A DNA stretch of 64,000 nt from the NCBI RefSeq assembly GCF_014841215.1, contig NZ_JACYTR010000019.1, positions 14,177 through 78,176 on the forward strand, given 5' to 3'. Below the pieces are notes generated by a model that saw nothing but the letters and a program-made list of their open reading frames with translations, was not told the origin of the DNA and searched no databases. Source of the stretch: Pseudomarimonas arenosa (GTDB lineage Bacteria; Pseudomonadota; Gammaproteobacteria; Xanthomonadales; Xanthomonadaceae). Every line of letters begins with the position of its first letter. Position 1 is the first letter of the stretch. Both the position numbers and the translations under genes were made by a program. This document shows, piece after piece, positions 28,624 to 38,753 of the stretch.

Positions 28624-30450
28624 CTACTTCTTCTTCGGGATGTAGAGGTCGGTGATAGTGCCCTCATAGACCTCGGCCGCCATGCCCACCGATTCGCTAA
28701 GGGTCGGATGTGGGTGGATGGTGTGGCCGATATCGGCTGCCTCACAGCCCATTTCGATCGCCAGTGCCAGCTCCGCAATCAGGTCGCCGGCATGCGGGCC
28801 GACGATGCCAGCACCGATCACCCGATGACTGTCCTCGTCGAAGATCAGCTTGGTGAAACCTTCGGTGCGGCCCAGGCCGATGGCGCGGCCAGAGGCGGCC
28901 CAGGGGAACTTGCCGATGCCGATCTTCATCTCTTTCTGCTTGGCTTCGGTTTCGGTCACCCCGACCCAGGCGATTTCCGGATCGGTATAGGCCACCGACG
29001 GAATCACCCGCGCCACCCACTCCTTCTTTTCGCCGGCTGCGACTTCGGCCGCTAGCTTGCCCTCGTGGGTGGCCTTATGCGCCAGCATCGGCTGACCAAT
29101 CAGATCGCCGATGGCGAAGATGTGCGGCACATTGGTGCGCATCTGCCGATCGACCGGAATATAGCCGCGCTCGGTGACACCGACGCCGGCCTTGTCGGCC
29201 TCCAGCTTGGCGCCGTTCGGCACCCGCCCGACCGAAACCAGTACCCGATCGAACAGCATCGGCTCGGGCGCCTTGTCACCCTCAAAACTGACCTTGATGC
29301 CCTTCTTTTCTGCCTTGACTTCGGCCGCTTTGACCTTCAGATGGATCGCCACGCCCTGCTTCTTCAGCCGATCGGCCAGCGGCTTGACCAGATCCTTGTC
29401 GGCGCCCGGCATCAACTGGTCCAGCAGTTCCACCACGGTGACCTCACTGCCCAGGGCGCGATAGACGGTGGCCATTTCCAGGCCAATAATGCCGCCACCC
29501 ACCACCAGCAGTTTCTTTGGCACATCGGCCAGCATCAGCGCGTCGGTGGAATCCATTATCCGCGAATCGTCCCAGGGGAAGCCGGGCAGCTTCACCGGCT
29601 GCGAGCCGGCGGCGATGATGCAGTGTTCGAACTGGATCAACTGCGTGCCGTCCTTGCCCTCGACTTCAACTTCGTGCGGCGATACGAAGCGCGCCCGGCC
29701 TTCCGCCACCCGCACCTTGCGTTGCTTGGCCATGCCGGCCAGGCCACGGGTCAACTGACCGACCACCTTGTCCTTGTAGCTGCGCAAGGTATCGAGATCG
29801 ATCTTCGGCGCGCCGAAGCTGATGCCGTAATCCTTGGCGTGGGCAGCCTCGTCGACCACCACGGCGGCGTGCAGCAGGGCCTTGCTGGGAATACAGCCGA
29901 CATTGAGGCAGACCCCGCCGAGACTGGCATAGCGCTCGACCAGCACGGTGTCGAGGCCGAGATCGGCAGCACGAAATGCTGCGGTATAGCCGCCCGGACC
30001 GGCGCCGATCACCAGCATCTGGCATTCGATATCGGCCTTGCGCCCCGACGGCTTGGCCGCCTCGGCAGCCGGCGTCGAGCCCCTCTCCCCCTGGGAAACG
30101 GGTTGGGGTGAGGGCCGGGTGTCCTTAACGTCTGATTCGGAACGCTTTTCCTCCGACTTCGCAGATTGCTCAGCAGTTCGCGAATCCTTGCCTTTGTCCT
30201 CAGCAGCATCGGCTTCGCTGTCCAGCACGGCGATCACACTGCCCTCGGACACCTCATCGCCCAGCTTGACCTTGAGCTCCTTCACCACTCCGGCATGGCT
30301 GGACGGCACCTCCATCGAGGCCTTGTCCGACTCCAAGGTGACCAGCCCCTGGTCCTTCTTGACGCTATCGCCGACCTTGACCAGCAGTTCAATCACCGGC
30401 ACGCCGGAATAATCACCAATATCCGGCACTTTGACTTCAATGCTGGCCAC
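28624..30450 (-). CDS. lpdA: Dihydrolipoyl dehydrogenase (E3) with an N-terminal lipoyl domain (Neisseria/Xanthomonas-type Lpd)
   Basis: Lipoyl domain KVPDIGDYSGVPVIELLVKVGD ... LESDKASMEV, Ala/Pro/Glu linker, then FAD motif IGAGPGGYTAA and redox-active GGVCLNVGCIPSK. Probable GTG start at 30450, preceded by GGAG. Confidence 0.9.
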   Translation of the reverse strand: MASIEVKVPDIGDYSGVPVIELLVKVGDSVKKDQGLVTLESDKASMEVPSSHAGVVKELKVKLGDEVSEGSVIAVLDSEADAAEDKGKDSRTAEQSAKSEEKRSESDVKDTRPSPQPVSQGERGSTPAAEAAKPSGRKADIECQMLVIGAGPGGYTAAFRAADLGLDTVLVERYASLGGVCLNVGCIPSKALLHAAVVVDEAAHAKDYGISFGAPKIDLDTLRSYKDKVVGQLTRGLAGMAKQRKVRVAEGRARFVSPHEVEVEGKDGTQLIQFEHCIIAAGSQPVKLPGFPWDDSRIMDSTDALMLADVPKKLLVVGGGIIGLEMATVYRALGSEVTVVELLDQLMPGADKDLVKPLADRLKKQGVAIHLKVKAAEVKAEKKGIKVSFEGDKAPEPMLFDRVLVSVGRVPNGAKLEADKAGVGVTERGYIPVDRQMRTNVPHIFAIGDLIGQPMLAHKATHEGKLAAEVAAGEKKEWVARVIPSVAYTDPEIAWVGVTETEAKQKEMKIGIGKFPWAASGRAIGLGRTEGFTKLIFDEDSHRVIGAGIVGPHAGDLIAELALAIEMGCEAADIGHTIHPHPTLSESVGMAAEVYEGTITDLYIPKKK

Positions 30451-30543
30451 GTCGATCTCCCTCCAGTAGACGATGCGAAAGGATAGCGCGAGCTCGGCCA
30501 AACTCGCAGTCTGCAAACGAATGGATTTTCCCGGCGTCGGCCA

Positions 30544-32100
30544 TCAGCGCCGCCAGTTGACGTGGTAGAGATCGTGGCGGCGATCCTTCAGGTTCTGCAC
30601 CGTGCCCGAGGCGCGAGCTTGCAGCAGGGCATCGAGGCGTAGGTCGGCGAACGCCACTGCTTCCACATTCGGTGTGGTATCGGCGGCGATGCCGTCGGTG
30701 GCGAATGGGAAATCGCAGGGGGTGAGGATGCAGCTCTGGGCGTATTGAATGTCGAAGTTGTTCACCCCGGGCAGGTTGCCGACATTGCCCGACAGCACCA
30801 CATAACACTGATTTTCGATCGCGCGCGCCGCGCTGCAGTTGCGTACGCGAAGGAATCCCTGCCGCACATCAGTGCAGAACGGCACGAACAGCAGCATCGC
30901 GCCCTGATCGCAGAGATGGCGGGCCAGTTCGGGGAACTGGGCGTCGTAGCAGATCATGATGCCGATTGGTCCGCAGTCGGTCATGATGGTCTGTGCGCCT
31001 TCGCCGCCGGAAATCTTCCACCAGTGACGCTCGTTCGGCGTTGGATGAAGCTTTTCCCGCACATGCAGCGAGCCGTCGCGCAGGGCGACGTAGCAGTTGT
31101 TGTGAATATCGCCCTCCGGCATATGGGTCGGATGGGTGCCGCCGATGATATTGATGTTGTACTGAACGGCAAGTTTGGTCAGGGTTTCGCAGAAACGCTC
31201 GGTATAGCTGGTCAGTGAACGCATCGAGTCGGCCGGTGACAGCTTCTTGTTTTCCACGCTGAGCAGCTGCAGGGTGAACAGCTCGGGAAACACGACGAAA
31301 TCGGCGTCATAGTCGGCGGCGACGTCGACGAAATACTCCACCTGGGTGGCGAAGTCCTCGTAGGCGGCGATTCGCCGTTGCTGGTACTGCACTGTGGCCA
31401 CGCGAACGACATCGGGCAAATGGCCGCGGCGCTGCACTTCCGCCACCACCGGATGTTCGGCGCGATTGGGGTTGCGCCAAACCAGATGTGCAGCAAAGCC
31501 CAGCGACTCCTTGTCCGAGGGCAGATAGCCCTGCAGCACGCCAATCAGTTCGAAACCGTTGCGCAGCTGGAAACTCAGGGTGCCATCGCGTAGTCGATCG
31601 GCCTGTACGGCTTCGACGTAGGCCTGGGGCGAGCCATATTGCTTGATTCTGCGCGCCAGCCCAGGCAGGCGCCCGCCAAATACGATGCCCTTCAGGTTCA
31701 GCTTGGCACAGAGCTTCTTGCGCTCGGAGTACAGACGGCGGCCGATGCGCAGCCCGCGCCGCTTGGGGTCAACGCATACCTCCATGCCGTACAGCCAATC
31801 ACCATGGGCGTCGTGACGGCTGCCATAGCCAGCGCCGGTGACCTGACGCCAGGTATGCGGCTTCAACGCGATGTCTTCGGCGATGCGAAAGGTGGCGCAA
31901 TAGCCAACGATCAGATCCTCATAGATGGCGACGAACTGGCCCTGGTGAAAATGGGTCAGCTGGCCGGCAACCATTTCCGGCGTGTAGCTGTAGTCATCGC
32001 CATACACCCGCCGCGATAGATCGACGATTGCCTGGGCATCGCTGAGCTTGGCTTGCCGAACCAAGAGTTTGGCTGTGCTACGGCTGGGTTTTTCTGCCAC
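30544..32100 (-). CDS. Bifunctional GNAT N-acetyltransferase / carbon-nitrogen hydrolase (nitrilase-superfamily) protein
   Basis: N-terminal GNAT fold (about 160 aa). C-terminal CN-hydrolase with catalytic E-K-C context (VVFPELF ... ICYD). Confidence 0.75.
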   Translation of the reverse strand: MAEKPSRSTAKLLVRQAKLSDAQAIVDLSRRVYGDDYSYTPEMVAGQLTHFHQGQFVAIYEDLIVGYCATFRIAEDIALKPHTWRQVTGAGYGSRHDAHGDWLYGMEVCVDPKRRGLRIGRRLYSERKKLCAKLNLKGIVFGGRLPGLARRIKQYGSPQAYVEAVQADRLRDGTLSFQLRNGFELIGVLQGYLPSDKESLGFAAHLVWRNPNRAEHPVVAEVQRRGHLPDVVRVATVQYQQRRIAAYEDFATQVEYFVDVAADYDADFVVFPELFTLQLLSVENKKLSPADSMRSLTSYTERFCETLTKLAVQYNINIIGGTHPTHMPEGDIHNNCYVALRDGSLHVREKLHPTPNERHWWKISGGEGAQTIMTDCGPIGIMICYDAQFPELARHLCDQGAMLLFVPFCTDVRQGFLRVRNCSAARAIENQCYVVLSGNVGNLPGVNNFDIQYAQSCILTPCDFPFATDGIAADTTPNVEAVAFADLRLDALLQARASGTVQNLKDRRHDLYHVNWRR

Positions 32101-32168
32101 GATAGGCTCCTTGTCGATACGCGAGCAGGCCGCTGAAATGAGTCTCAGCCGCCTGATAGATGCGCCGG

Positions 32169-33257
32169 CTAGCGATCGGGCGCCGATTCGGCGCCGGGTG
32201 CTTCATCCGCGCTGGGCGGCGCCTTGACTTCGTCGATCGCGTCGTTGCGCGCCAGTTCGGCGCGCTGTTCGCTGCTAAGCAGGGGAGCGCTGTCGGTGGC
32301 CGCCGCCGTCGCGGCTGGCGCATCTGACTTGCCCAGCCAACTGCGCACATGTAAGTCGCGCTGTGGGAACGGGATGACCAGTTCGTGTTTGGCCAGCGCG
32401 GTTTCCAGCGCCCAATTGTAAGCAGCGCGCACCGCACTGGGTCGCTTGGTGGCCTCGGCGGTCAACCAAACCACCAGTTCAAAATCGAGGCTGCTGTCGC
32501 CAAACCCGGCCAGCCAGACCTGTGGCGCCCGCTGGCCTTCCATCGATAGGGTGAACGGCACCTCGCCGGCCGCTTCCAGCGCCGCCTGCTTGACCCGCTC
32601 CTTGTCTGAGCCGTAAGCCACGCCAAACGGTATGCGCATGCGCCGAGATACATCGCGGTGGGTCCAATTCACCACCCGGCCGCTGACGAACTCGGAGTTT
32701 GGCACCAGGATGTCGAGATTGTCATTGGTGACGATGCGGGTGGCGCGAATCTTGATATCGCGCACCTCGCCGTGCACGCCGGATTCCAGCTCGACAAAAT
32801 CGCCCACCTTCAGGCTGCGATCAAACAGCAGGATGAGTCCGGAGACGAAATTGTTGAAGATCGCCTGCAGGCCAAATCCGAGCCCGACGCCGATCGCGCC
32901 GGCCAGCACGGCAAAGCGGCTGGCATGGATACCGATCATCTCCAACGCCAGCATCGCGCCGATGATCAGCAGGGTGTAGTGGATAACCCGGCCGACGGCA
33001 TAAAACGCGGCGCGCCGATTGACGTCACTGCTGCGCTGTTCAACCCTATCAAGCCCGCGTTGAATCCAGCGCGAAACGGTCCAGGCGGCGACGAACATCA
33101 GCACCGCCAGGGTGAGTTTGCCCGGCGTCAGCACCACATCGGAGACTTGCAGCAGCTCGACGTCCCAGGCCCAGCGCGCACCCGAACCAATCGCCTCGCC
33201 GGCATCCTGCAGGCGATCGCTCAGTCCGGGCTCCGTGGGGGCGGGCTTCGGGCTCAT
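32169..33257 (-). CDS. MscS-family small-conductance mechanosensitive channel
   Basis: TM3 pore-helix signature (GAIGVGLGFGLQAIFNNFVSGLILLFDRSLKVGDFV). Confidence 0.85.
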   Translation of the reverse strand: MSPKPAPTEPGLSDRLQDAGEAIGSGARWAWDVELLQVSDVVLTPGKLTLAVLMFVAAWTVSRWIQRGLDRVEQRSSDVNRRAAFYAVGRVIHYTLLIIGAMLALEMIGIHASRFAVLAGAIGVGLGFGLQAIFNNFVSGLILLFDRSLKVGDFVELESGVHGEVRDIKIRATRIVTNDNLDILVPNSEFVSGRVVNWTHRDVSRRMRIPFGVAYGSDKERVKQAALEAAGEVPFTLSMEGQRAPQVWLAGFGDSSLDFELVVWLTAEATKRPSAVRAAYNWALETALAKHELVIPFPQRDLHVRSWLGKSDAPAATAAATDSAPLLSSEQRAELARNDAIDEVKAPPSADEAPGAESAPDR

Positions 33258-33267
33258 ATCGGCAAGC

Positions 33268-34656
33268 TTACAACAGCAGGCGCCTCAGGTCGGTCAGCTG
33301 CTGGGCGAAGAAGCTGGTGAAGCGGGCGGCATCGGCGCCGTCAATCACCCGGTGATCGTAGGACAGCGACAGCGGCAGCATCAGCCTGGGTTCGAACGCC
33401 TGACCATTCCACACCGGCTTCATGCTGGATTTCGACACGCCGAGGATGGCCACCTCGGGTGCATTGACGATCGGCGTGAAGCCGGTGCCGCCAATGCCAC
33501 CGAGCGAGCTGATCGAAAAGCAGCCGCCGGACATCTCGGCCGGGCCGAGCTTCTTGTCGCGCGCCTTCTTCGATATCTCGCCCAGTTCGGCCGCCAGCTG
33601 CAGCAGGCCCTTCTTGTCGCAGTCGCGAATTACCGGCACCACCAGTCCATCCGGCGTGTCGACGGCGATGCCGATGTTGAAATATTTCTTCAGCACCAGG
33701 TTCTCGCCGGTTTCGTCCAGCGAGGCGTTGAAGTGGGGGAATTTCTTCAGTGCTGCCACCGCGGCCTTGATCATGAACACCAAGGGCGTGACCTTCAGAT
33801 CCTTGCTTTCCGCTGCCAGGCCCTTACGGAAGGCCTCCATTTCGGTGATATCGGCTTCGTCATGTTGGGTGACGTGCGGAATCATCGCCCAGTTGCGGGC
33901 CAGATTGGCGCCGGAGATCTTCTTGATGCGCGACAGCGGTTTCGACTCGATCTCGCCAAACTTGCTGAAGTCGATCTTCGGCCAGGGCAGCAGGCTGAGC
34001 CCGGCCGCTCCACCACCCGCTGCGCTCACCGATGCAGCACCTTGCATCAGCGACTTGACGAACTGCTGAACATCTTCCTTGGTGATCCGGCCGGCGCGGG
34101 CTGAGCCGCTGACCTTGCCAAGATCCACTCCGAGCTCGCGGGCGAACAGGCGCACCGCCGGGCTGGCATAGGGCACCGAAGCAGGGGCGACCGATTCGGC
34201 GCCAAAGCTCACCGGCGGGCTGCGCGGTGGGCCCGCCGATACCGCCGGCGCCTGCTTGCTGGCTTCGGCCGGCTTGGCGCTTTCCTTGGCCGGTGGCGAT
34301 TCTGCTTTCTCAGCCTGCTCAGACTTCTTCGTCGAGTCGTCGGATGTGTCCTTGGGCGAGTCCTTGCCGGTCGATTGGGCGGCCTTTGCCTTATCGTCCG
34401 ACTTGGCGTCATCGTCGGCGACTTCGATCATCGCCACCGCACTGCCTTCCGCCACCTCGTCGCCGATCTTGACCTTGAGTTCCTTCACCACGCCGTCGAA
34501 CGGCGCGGGCACTTCCATGGTCGCCTTGTCCGACTCCAAGGTGATGAGACCTTGATCGCGCCGAATGCTGTCGCCTACCGATACCAGCAGTTCGATCACC
34601 GGAACGCCGCTGTAGTCGCCGATATCCGGCACGCGGGCTTCCTTGAGTGCGGCCAT
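33268..34656 (-). CDS. aceF: Dihydrolipoamide acyltransferase (E2, AceF-like) with one lipoyl domain
   Basis: Lipoyl domain, Ala/Pro/Lys linker, E3-binding domain, catalytic domain ending DHRVIDGA. Start at MAALKEA (34656) is preceded by GGAGGA. The ORF-track N-terminal 97 aa is likely not translated. Confidence 0.9.
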   Translation of the reverse strand: MAALKEARVPDIGDYSGVPVIELLVSVGDSIRRDQGLITLESDKATMEVPAPFDGVVKELKVKIGDEVAEGSAVAMIEVADDDAKSDDKAKAAQSTGKDSPKDTSDDSTKKSEQAEKAESPPAKESAKPAEASKQAPAVSAGPPRSPPVSFGAESVAPASVPYASPAVRLFARELGVDLGKVSGSARAGRITKEDVQQFVKSLMQGAASVSAAGGGAAGLSLLPWPKIDFSKFGEIESKPLSRIKKISGANLARNWAMIPHVTQHDEADITEMEAFRKGLAAESKDLKVTPLVFMIKAAVAALKKFPHFNASLDETGENLVLKKYFNIGIAVDTPDGLVVPVIRDCDKKGLLQLAAELGEISKKARDKKLGPAEMSGGCFSISSLGGIGGTGFTPIVNAPEVAILGVSKSSMKPVWNGQAFEPRLMLPLSLSYDHRVIDGADAARFTSFFAQQLTDLRRLLL

Positions 34657-34952
34657 GAGTCCTCCCCGGAACCAAAGTTGAACGATCGAGCGCGTATTGT
34701 GGCCGCTCACGGGGTCAAAGAACCAGCCGCCCGCATTCGATTGCACAAACCGACCGGCGCCCGGCCAGCTGTCACATTGTCGGCAAAGGGTAGTCCTGAT
34801 ATCCGGATCCGGACGTCCGATTTGCGAACCGGACACAGACGAACAAGACAGAGACATCGTTAAAGCGTTGATTTGTCTCGGTTCGTCGACTTGGCACGGA
34901 ACCTGCTCTGGCTTGCAGTGTCTGCCAAGCTGACCATCAGAGGACAAGCGCC

Positions 34953-35222
34953 ATGAACCGTCTTAATCGCTACTTCACCCTGCCGCTCATCTTTGCTGCC
35001 AGCGCGGTCTCGGCGGTGGTGGCCCTCGGCGAGCCGATCGAGCAACCGGCCACCGCGCTGGTCGTGGTCGAGGCGCAGCCCAGCGAACTGCCGATCGCGG
35101 TGGCTGAAGTCGAAGCCGCGGTGGAGCGAATGGAGAAGAAAGCGGCACACATGCGTTGGCTGGTGACCCTGCCGAGCGCGCGCAAGCCCAGCGCCTGCTG
35201 CAATGCGCCTGCGGTTCGCTGA
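34953..35222 (+). CDS. Small predicted secreted protein (89 aa)
   Basis: ATG after AGAGGA. N-terminal signal-peptide-like segment MNRLNRYFTLPLIFAASAVSAVVALG. Confidence 0.4.
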   Translation: MNRLNRYFTLPLIFAASAVSAVVALGEPIEQPATALVVVEAQPSELPIAVAEVEAAVERMEKKAAHMRWLVTLPSARKPSACCNAPAVR

Positions 35223-35244
35223 TCACCAGCAGAAGCGGTCCGGC

Positions 35245-35336
35245 GGTGCGTCCAAGACGCACCCTGCGGACACACGATTTCTTGGCGCGCCGCCGTGCAG
35301 GGCAACGATGTGCATAGGGTGCGTCTTGGACGCACC
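35245..35336. repeat. Pair of 19-bp self-complementary hairpin repeats (GGTGCGTCCAAGACGCACC and GGTGCGTCTTGGACGCACC), 54 bp apart
   Basis: Each arm has a 7-bp stem and 5-nt loop. The two copies are reverse complements of each other. Located between the convergent small ORF and the MOSC gene. Confidence 0.4.
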
Positions 35337-35374
35337 GCAACACCGTTAGTGAGATCACCGCTACTCGGGGCCCG

Positions 35375-36184
35375 CTACTCCAACACCGTCACCCTATTGC
35401 CCAAGGCTATGCGCCCTGCGCCAACGGCGATCAGGTTCACCCCAAAGGTGATGCCGCGCTCGCTGCGCCGATACTCTTTCAAGCTACGCAAGGGTTCGCC
35501 GCGCGGGTCGCGCTCGCCACTGTCGGCATCCACCGTGGTAAACACACAGCGCACGCAGGGTTTGACGTTGTGGAACTCGAGTTCGCCGATCCGCAGCCGC
35601 TTCCAGCTGTCTTCGGCATGGGCAGCGCAGCCCGACACCACGATATTGGGCCGAAAGCGCCGCGCATCGATGCCTCCGCCGGCCTTCTGATTTACCTCCT
35701 CTACCGCCGCCTCGCTGACCAGCAGTAAGGGAAAGCCATCGGCAAAGCTCACTTCCTGCCGGGGGTCGGCGTATTTCGGGTCGGCCGGCCGTGCCGCCTG
35801 CTCATCCATATAGACCAGGCGCACTGGGCGCTGCAGGCGTTGGCTAAGCCAGCCATGTGCGGCGGGCTCGGCCAGGGCGGCATTGATCTCATCCTTCCAC
35901 AAACTGACTCGGTAGCGCGGCGCATCATTCGCCGGCCTGGGCACCTGCAGCGTCTCGCCCTGCCATGCCAGCTGCAGGCCCCGCGTAGTGCCGATCGCCG
36001 ATAGTTTCACCAGCGCGCCGAGCTCGCGCCCGGAGACAAAACGGCCGTTGTCGTCGATCAGCATCCAGCGCCGATCATGCTGCGGCCCGCGCGGCTCGAT
36101 CAGCATCGATTCCAGTGACAGGCCGGCGGCGGATTTCAGCGGGTGGATAAACAGTTGTGATACGTGCATCTGCTGTTGATTCAT
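35375..36184 (-). CDS. MOSC-domain protein (YcbX/YiiM-like molybdenum-cofactor sulfurase C-terminal domain)
   Basis: MOSC_N beta-barrel then MOSC domain with conserved Cys (NVKPCVRC). Start at 36184 overlaps the upstream GNAT stop (ATGA). Confidence 0.75.
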   Translation of the reverse strand: MNQQQMHVSQLFIHPLKSAAGLSLESMLIEPRGPQHDRRWMLIDDNGRFVSGRELGALVKLSAIGTTRGLQLAWQGETLQVPRPANDAPRYRVSLWKDEINAALAEPAAHGWLSQRLQRPVRLVYMDEQAARPADPKYADPRQEVSFADGFPLLLVSEAAVEEVNQKAGGGIDARRFRPNIVVSGCAAHAEDSWKRLRIGELEFHNVKPCVRCVFTTVDADSGERDPRGEPLRSLKEYRRSERGITFGVNLIAVGAGRIALGNRVTVLE

Positions 36185-36747
36185 TCTCGCCAGTCCCACA
36201 CCACCACTTCCCAGACATCATCGGCCTGCGCATCCTCGTACACATGCAGAGTCTCGAAGCCAACCCGGCGATGGGCGCGCAGCGAACGCGCATTGCGCTG
36301 CGAGATTTCGGTCACGCTGAAGTCGAAGCGATCGCGGTAGACATCGCGCAGGGTGTGATACATCCCGTCAAACACGCCCTGGCCGCGAAACTCGCGCGCC
36401 ACACAGACCTGGCCCATCACAAACCAGCGCGGGTTATCGGCCAAGGCTTCGCCGCGCCAGCTCAAGCTATCGAGCATGGCAAACATCGGTTGCAGGATGG
36501 GAATCTGATCGCGGAAGCGCTGCGCCATCATCAGACAGTAGCCGGCCAGATCGTCGCCGGACTTGGCAATTACCGACGGATACTCGTGGTTCATCGCCGT
36601 CAGCACCGCCGGATCATGTCGCACGCTGGTAAAGCCGTCACTGATCGCGGTGGCGGCGTCGACGCTATGGCGATGATTCAGCGCCTGCAGGGCCAGAATC
36701 TGCTCGATCTCGCGATCACGGCTGACGGTGGTGTAGGCCAGGGCCAT
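36181..36747 (-). CDS. GNAT-family N-acetyltransferase
   Basis: 188 aa with GNAT motif A region (VCVAREFRGQGVFDGM). Confidence 0.7.
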   Translation of the reverse strand: MALAYTTVSRDREIEQILALQALNHRHSVDAATAISDGFTSVRHDPAVLTAMNHEYPSVIAKSGDDLAGYCLMMAQRFRDQIPILQPMFAMLDSLSWRGEALADNPRWFVMGQVCVAREFRGQGVFDGMYHTLRDVYRDRFDFSVTEISQRNARSLRAHRRVGFETLHVYEDAQADDVWEVVVWDWRE

Positions 36748-36835
36748 AGGATTGAGCGGTGGGGAAAGCCTGGCAGCTTAACAGCAGGCTGGTGATCATT
36801 TCGCAACGCAGCCTGAGCCCGTCAATGCCCCGCGG

Positions 36836-38452
36836 CTACCAGAAGTAAATCTGCAACGAGGGGTCGACACGCCGCCGCGGTGGCGCCGCCAGTAGCTCGC
36901 GCTGGCTGGGAAAGTTCTCTGCACTGCGGCGGACGAAATCGTCGATCTCGCGCAGGTCGTAGTACTGCTCGTTCGAATTGGCCGGGCGCAGCTCGGGCGG
37001 GAAACAGCCCATGCCGGCCAGCAGGCAGTACCAGGAAAACACCGGATAGCCCTTGCCCAGACGCTGACTGCCGACCTCCTCGGCAATCCCCTTGCCGGAC
37101 AACCATAGCGTGTACAGCTCTTTCAGCGCATCGGATAGTTCGCCATTGGCGGCGCAGTCGCGCCAGTAAGGGGTGTCGCCGCGCGAGTTGGTCTTGTAAT
37201 GGCTGACGATATAATCACGAGTGCCTTCAAAGTGCTCATTGCTTCGCCGGTTGAACTCGGTGCGCGCCTGTTCCGACAGGTCGCCGCGGCGCAGTTGCTC
37301 GCAGAACATCTGCACCGTGCGTTGAATGAAGAGCAGGGCAGTGGCCTCCAGCGGCTCGATGAAACCCTGCGATAAGCCGACCGCCAGGCAATTGCGGTTC
37401 CAGTGTTCGCTCAGTCGGCCAATGCGCATCTTCAGATGGCGCGCCTCGGTCGGGTCATCGAGCAGGCCCAGGCTCTCACGTAGTTCGCGCTCGGCCTGCT
37501 CGGCGCTGCAATAGGCCGAGCTGTAGACATAGCCGTTGCCGTAGCGCTGGGTCAGCGGAATTTCCCAGCGCCAGCCATGACGCATGGCGATCGAGCGGGT
37601 CTGCGAGGGCAGCTGATCGCCGATCGGCGTCGGTAGGGCGACCGCCGCATCATTGAACAGGTTGTTCTTGAAGCTGATAAACGGGGTGTTCAGGGTCTTC
37701 TGGATCAGTACCGCGGCAAAGCCGGTACAGTCGACAAAGAGGTCCGCTTCGAAGCGTTGACCGTCTTTCATCAGCAGAGCGGCAAGATCCCCAGTGTCAT
37801 GCCGTTCCACCGCCTCGACATGGCATTGTCGGTACTGCACGCCGCGTTCGACCGCCTTTAGGTGCAGAAACTTGCCCAACAGCACCGCGTCGAAATGGTA
37901 GCCATACCAGATATCGAACGGAAAACTCTGCCGCGGCCGCGGTGCCTTGCCCTGTTCGGCCAGCTGGGCGGCGACGAAGAAGCGATCTGGGTGGGCGTAG
38001 ACATCGGCGCCACGCAGGCGCTGGTGCACGTTATGCACGAACTGGGTCAGGGTGAGGTTGTCCAGCATCGATGCGAATGGGTGGAAATAGCGCTCGAAGC
38101 CCGGCTTGCGTGACCAGCCTTCGAAACTGATCCCGCACTTGTAGGTCGCATGACAAGCCGGCATCCACTCGGCCTCTTCGATACCCAGCTGATCGAAGAA
38201 GCCACGCAGCCAGGGCGTCGAGCCTTCGCCGACGCCGATTGTTTCCACGGTTGGCGATTCCAGCACATGCACTTCCACCGGGCTGCCCTTCAGTGCATCG
38301 GCCAGCAACAGCGCGCTCATCCAGCCGGCGCTGCCGCCGCCGACCACGGCGATCCGCCTTATCCCGGTGGCCGCCGGCAACTCGCTGGGCGGCAGCGGCG
38401 AGCGGTACTGGTTGTAGACCGTGGCGGTGGGGCCTTGGGTGGCGATGGGCAT
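36836..38452 (-). CDS. Flavin-dependent tryptophan-halogenase-family protein (PrnA/RebH-like)
   Basis: N-terminal GGGSAGW FAD motif. Halogenase motifs GWxWxIP (HGWRWEIP) and FIEPLE. Confidence 0.75.
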   Translation of the reverse strand: MPIATQGPTATVYNQYRSPLPPSELPAATGIRRIAVVGGGSAGWMSALLLADALKGSPVEVHVLESPTVETIGVGEGSTPWLRGFFDQLGIEEAEWMPACHATYKCGISFEGWSRKPGFERYFHPFASMLDNLTLTQFVHNVHQRLRGADVYAHPDRFFVAAQLAEQGKAPRPRQSFPFDIWYGYHFDAVLLGKFLHLKAVERGVQYRQCHVEAVERHDTGDLAALLMKDGQRFEADLFVDCTGFAAVLIQKTLNTPFISFKNNLFNDAAVALPTPIGDQLPSQTRSIAMRHGWRWEIPLTQRYGNGYVYSSAYCSAEQAERELRESLGLLDDPTEARHLKMRIGRLSEHWNRNCLAVGLSQGFIEPLEATALLFIQRTVQMFCEQLRRGDLSEQARTEFNRRSNEHFEGTRDYIVSHYKTNSRGDTPYWRDCAANGELSDALKELYTLWLSGKGIAEEVGSQRLGKGYPVFSWYCLLAGMGCFPPELRPANSNEQYYDLREIDDFVRRSAENFPSQRELLAAPPRRRVDPSLQIYFW

Positions 38453-38753
38453 TGCTGTATTCCCTGCGAAGCGTCTCGCATTCTGGAGTGGGCTGCGGCG
38501 AGACTCAATGTGTCGCGGGCAGTGGCCGGGTTTGGAAGGAAGGGCAGCCGATTCGGCTGCGCCTCGTCAGGGCTGGCCTTCGATACGCTCAGGCCATCAC
38601 TTCGACTGGCTCAGCCAAGGTCGGATTGCGTACGCTGAGCGCAGTCGAAGCGTGCCGAACCGGGGCCGGCAACGCGCGCGGATAACCAGGCAGACAGGCG
38701 TTGAGTCGTCGGCGCTCTGCGCTGATGTGACATCGGTACGCCCAAGGCGCACC

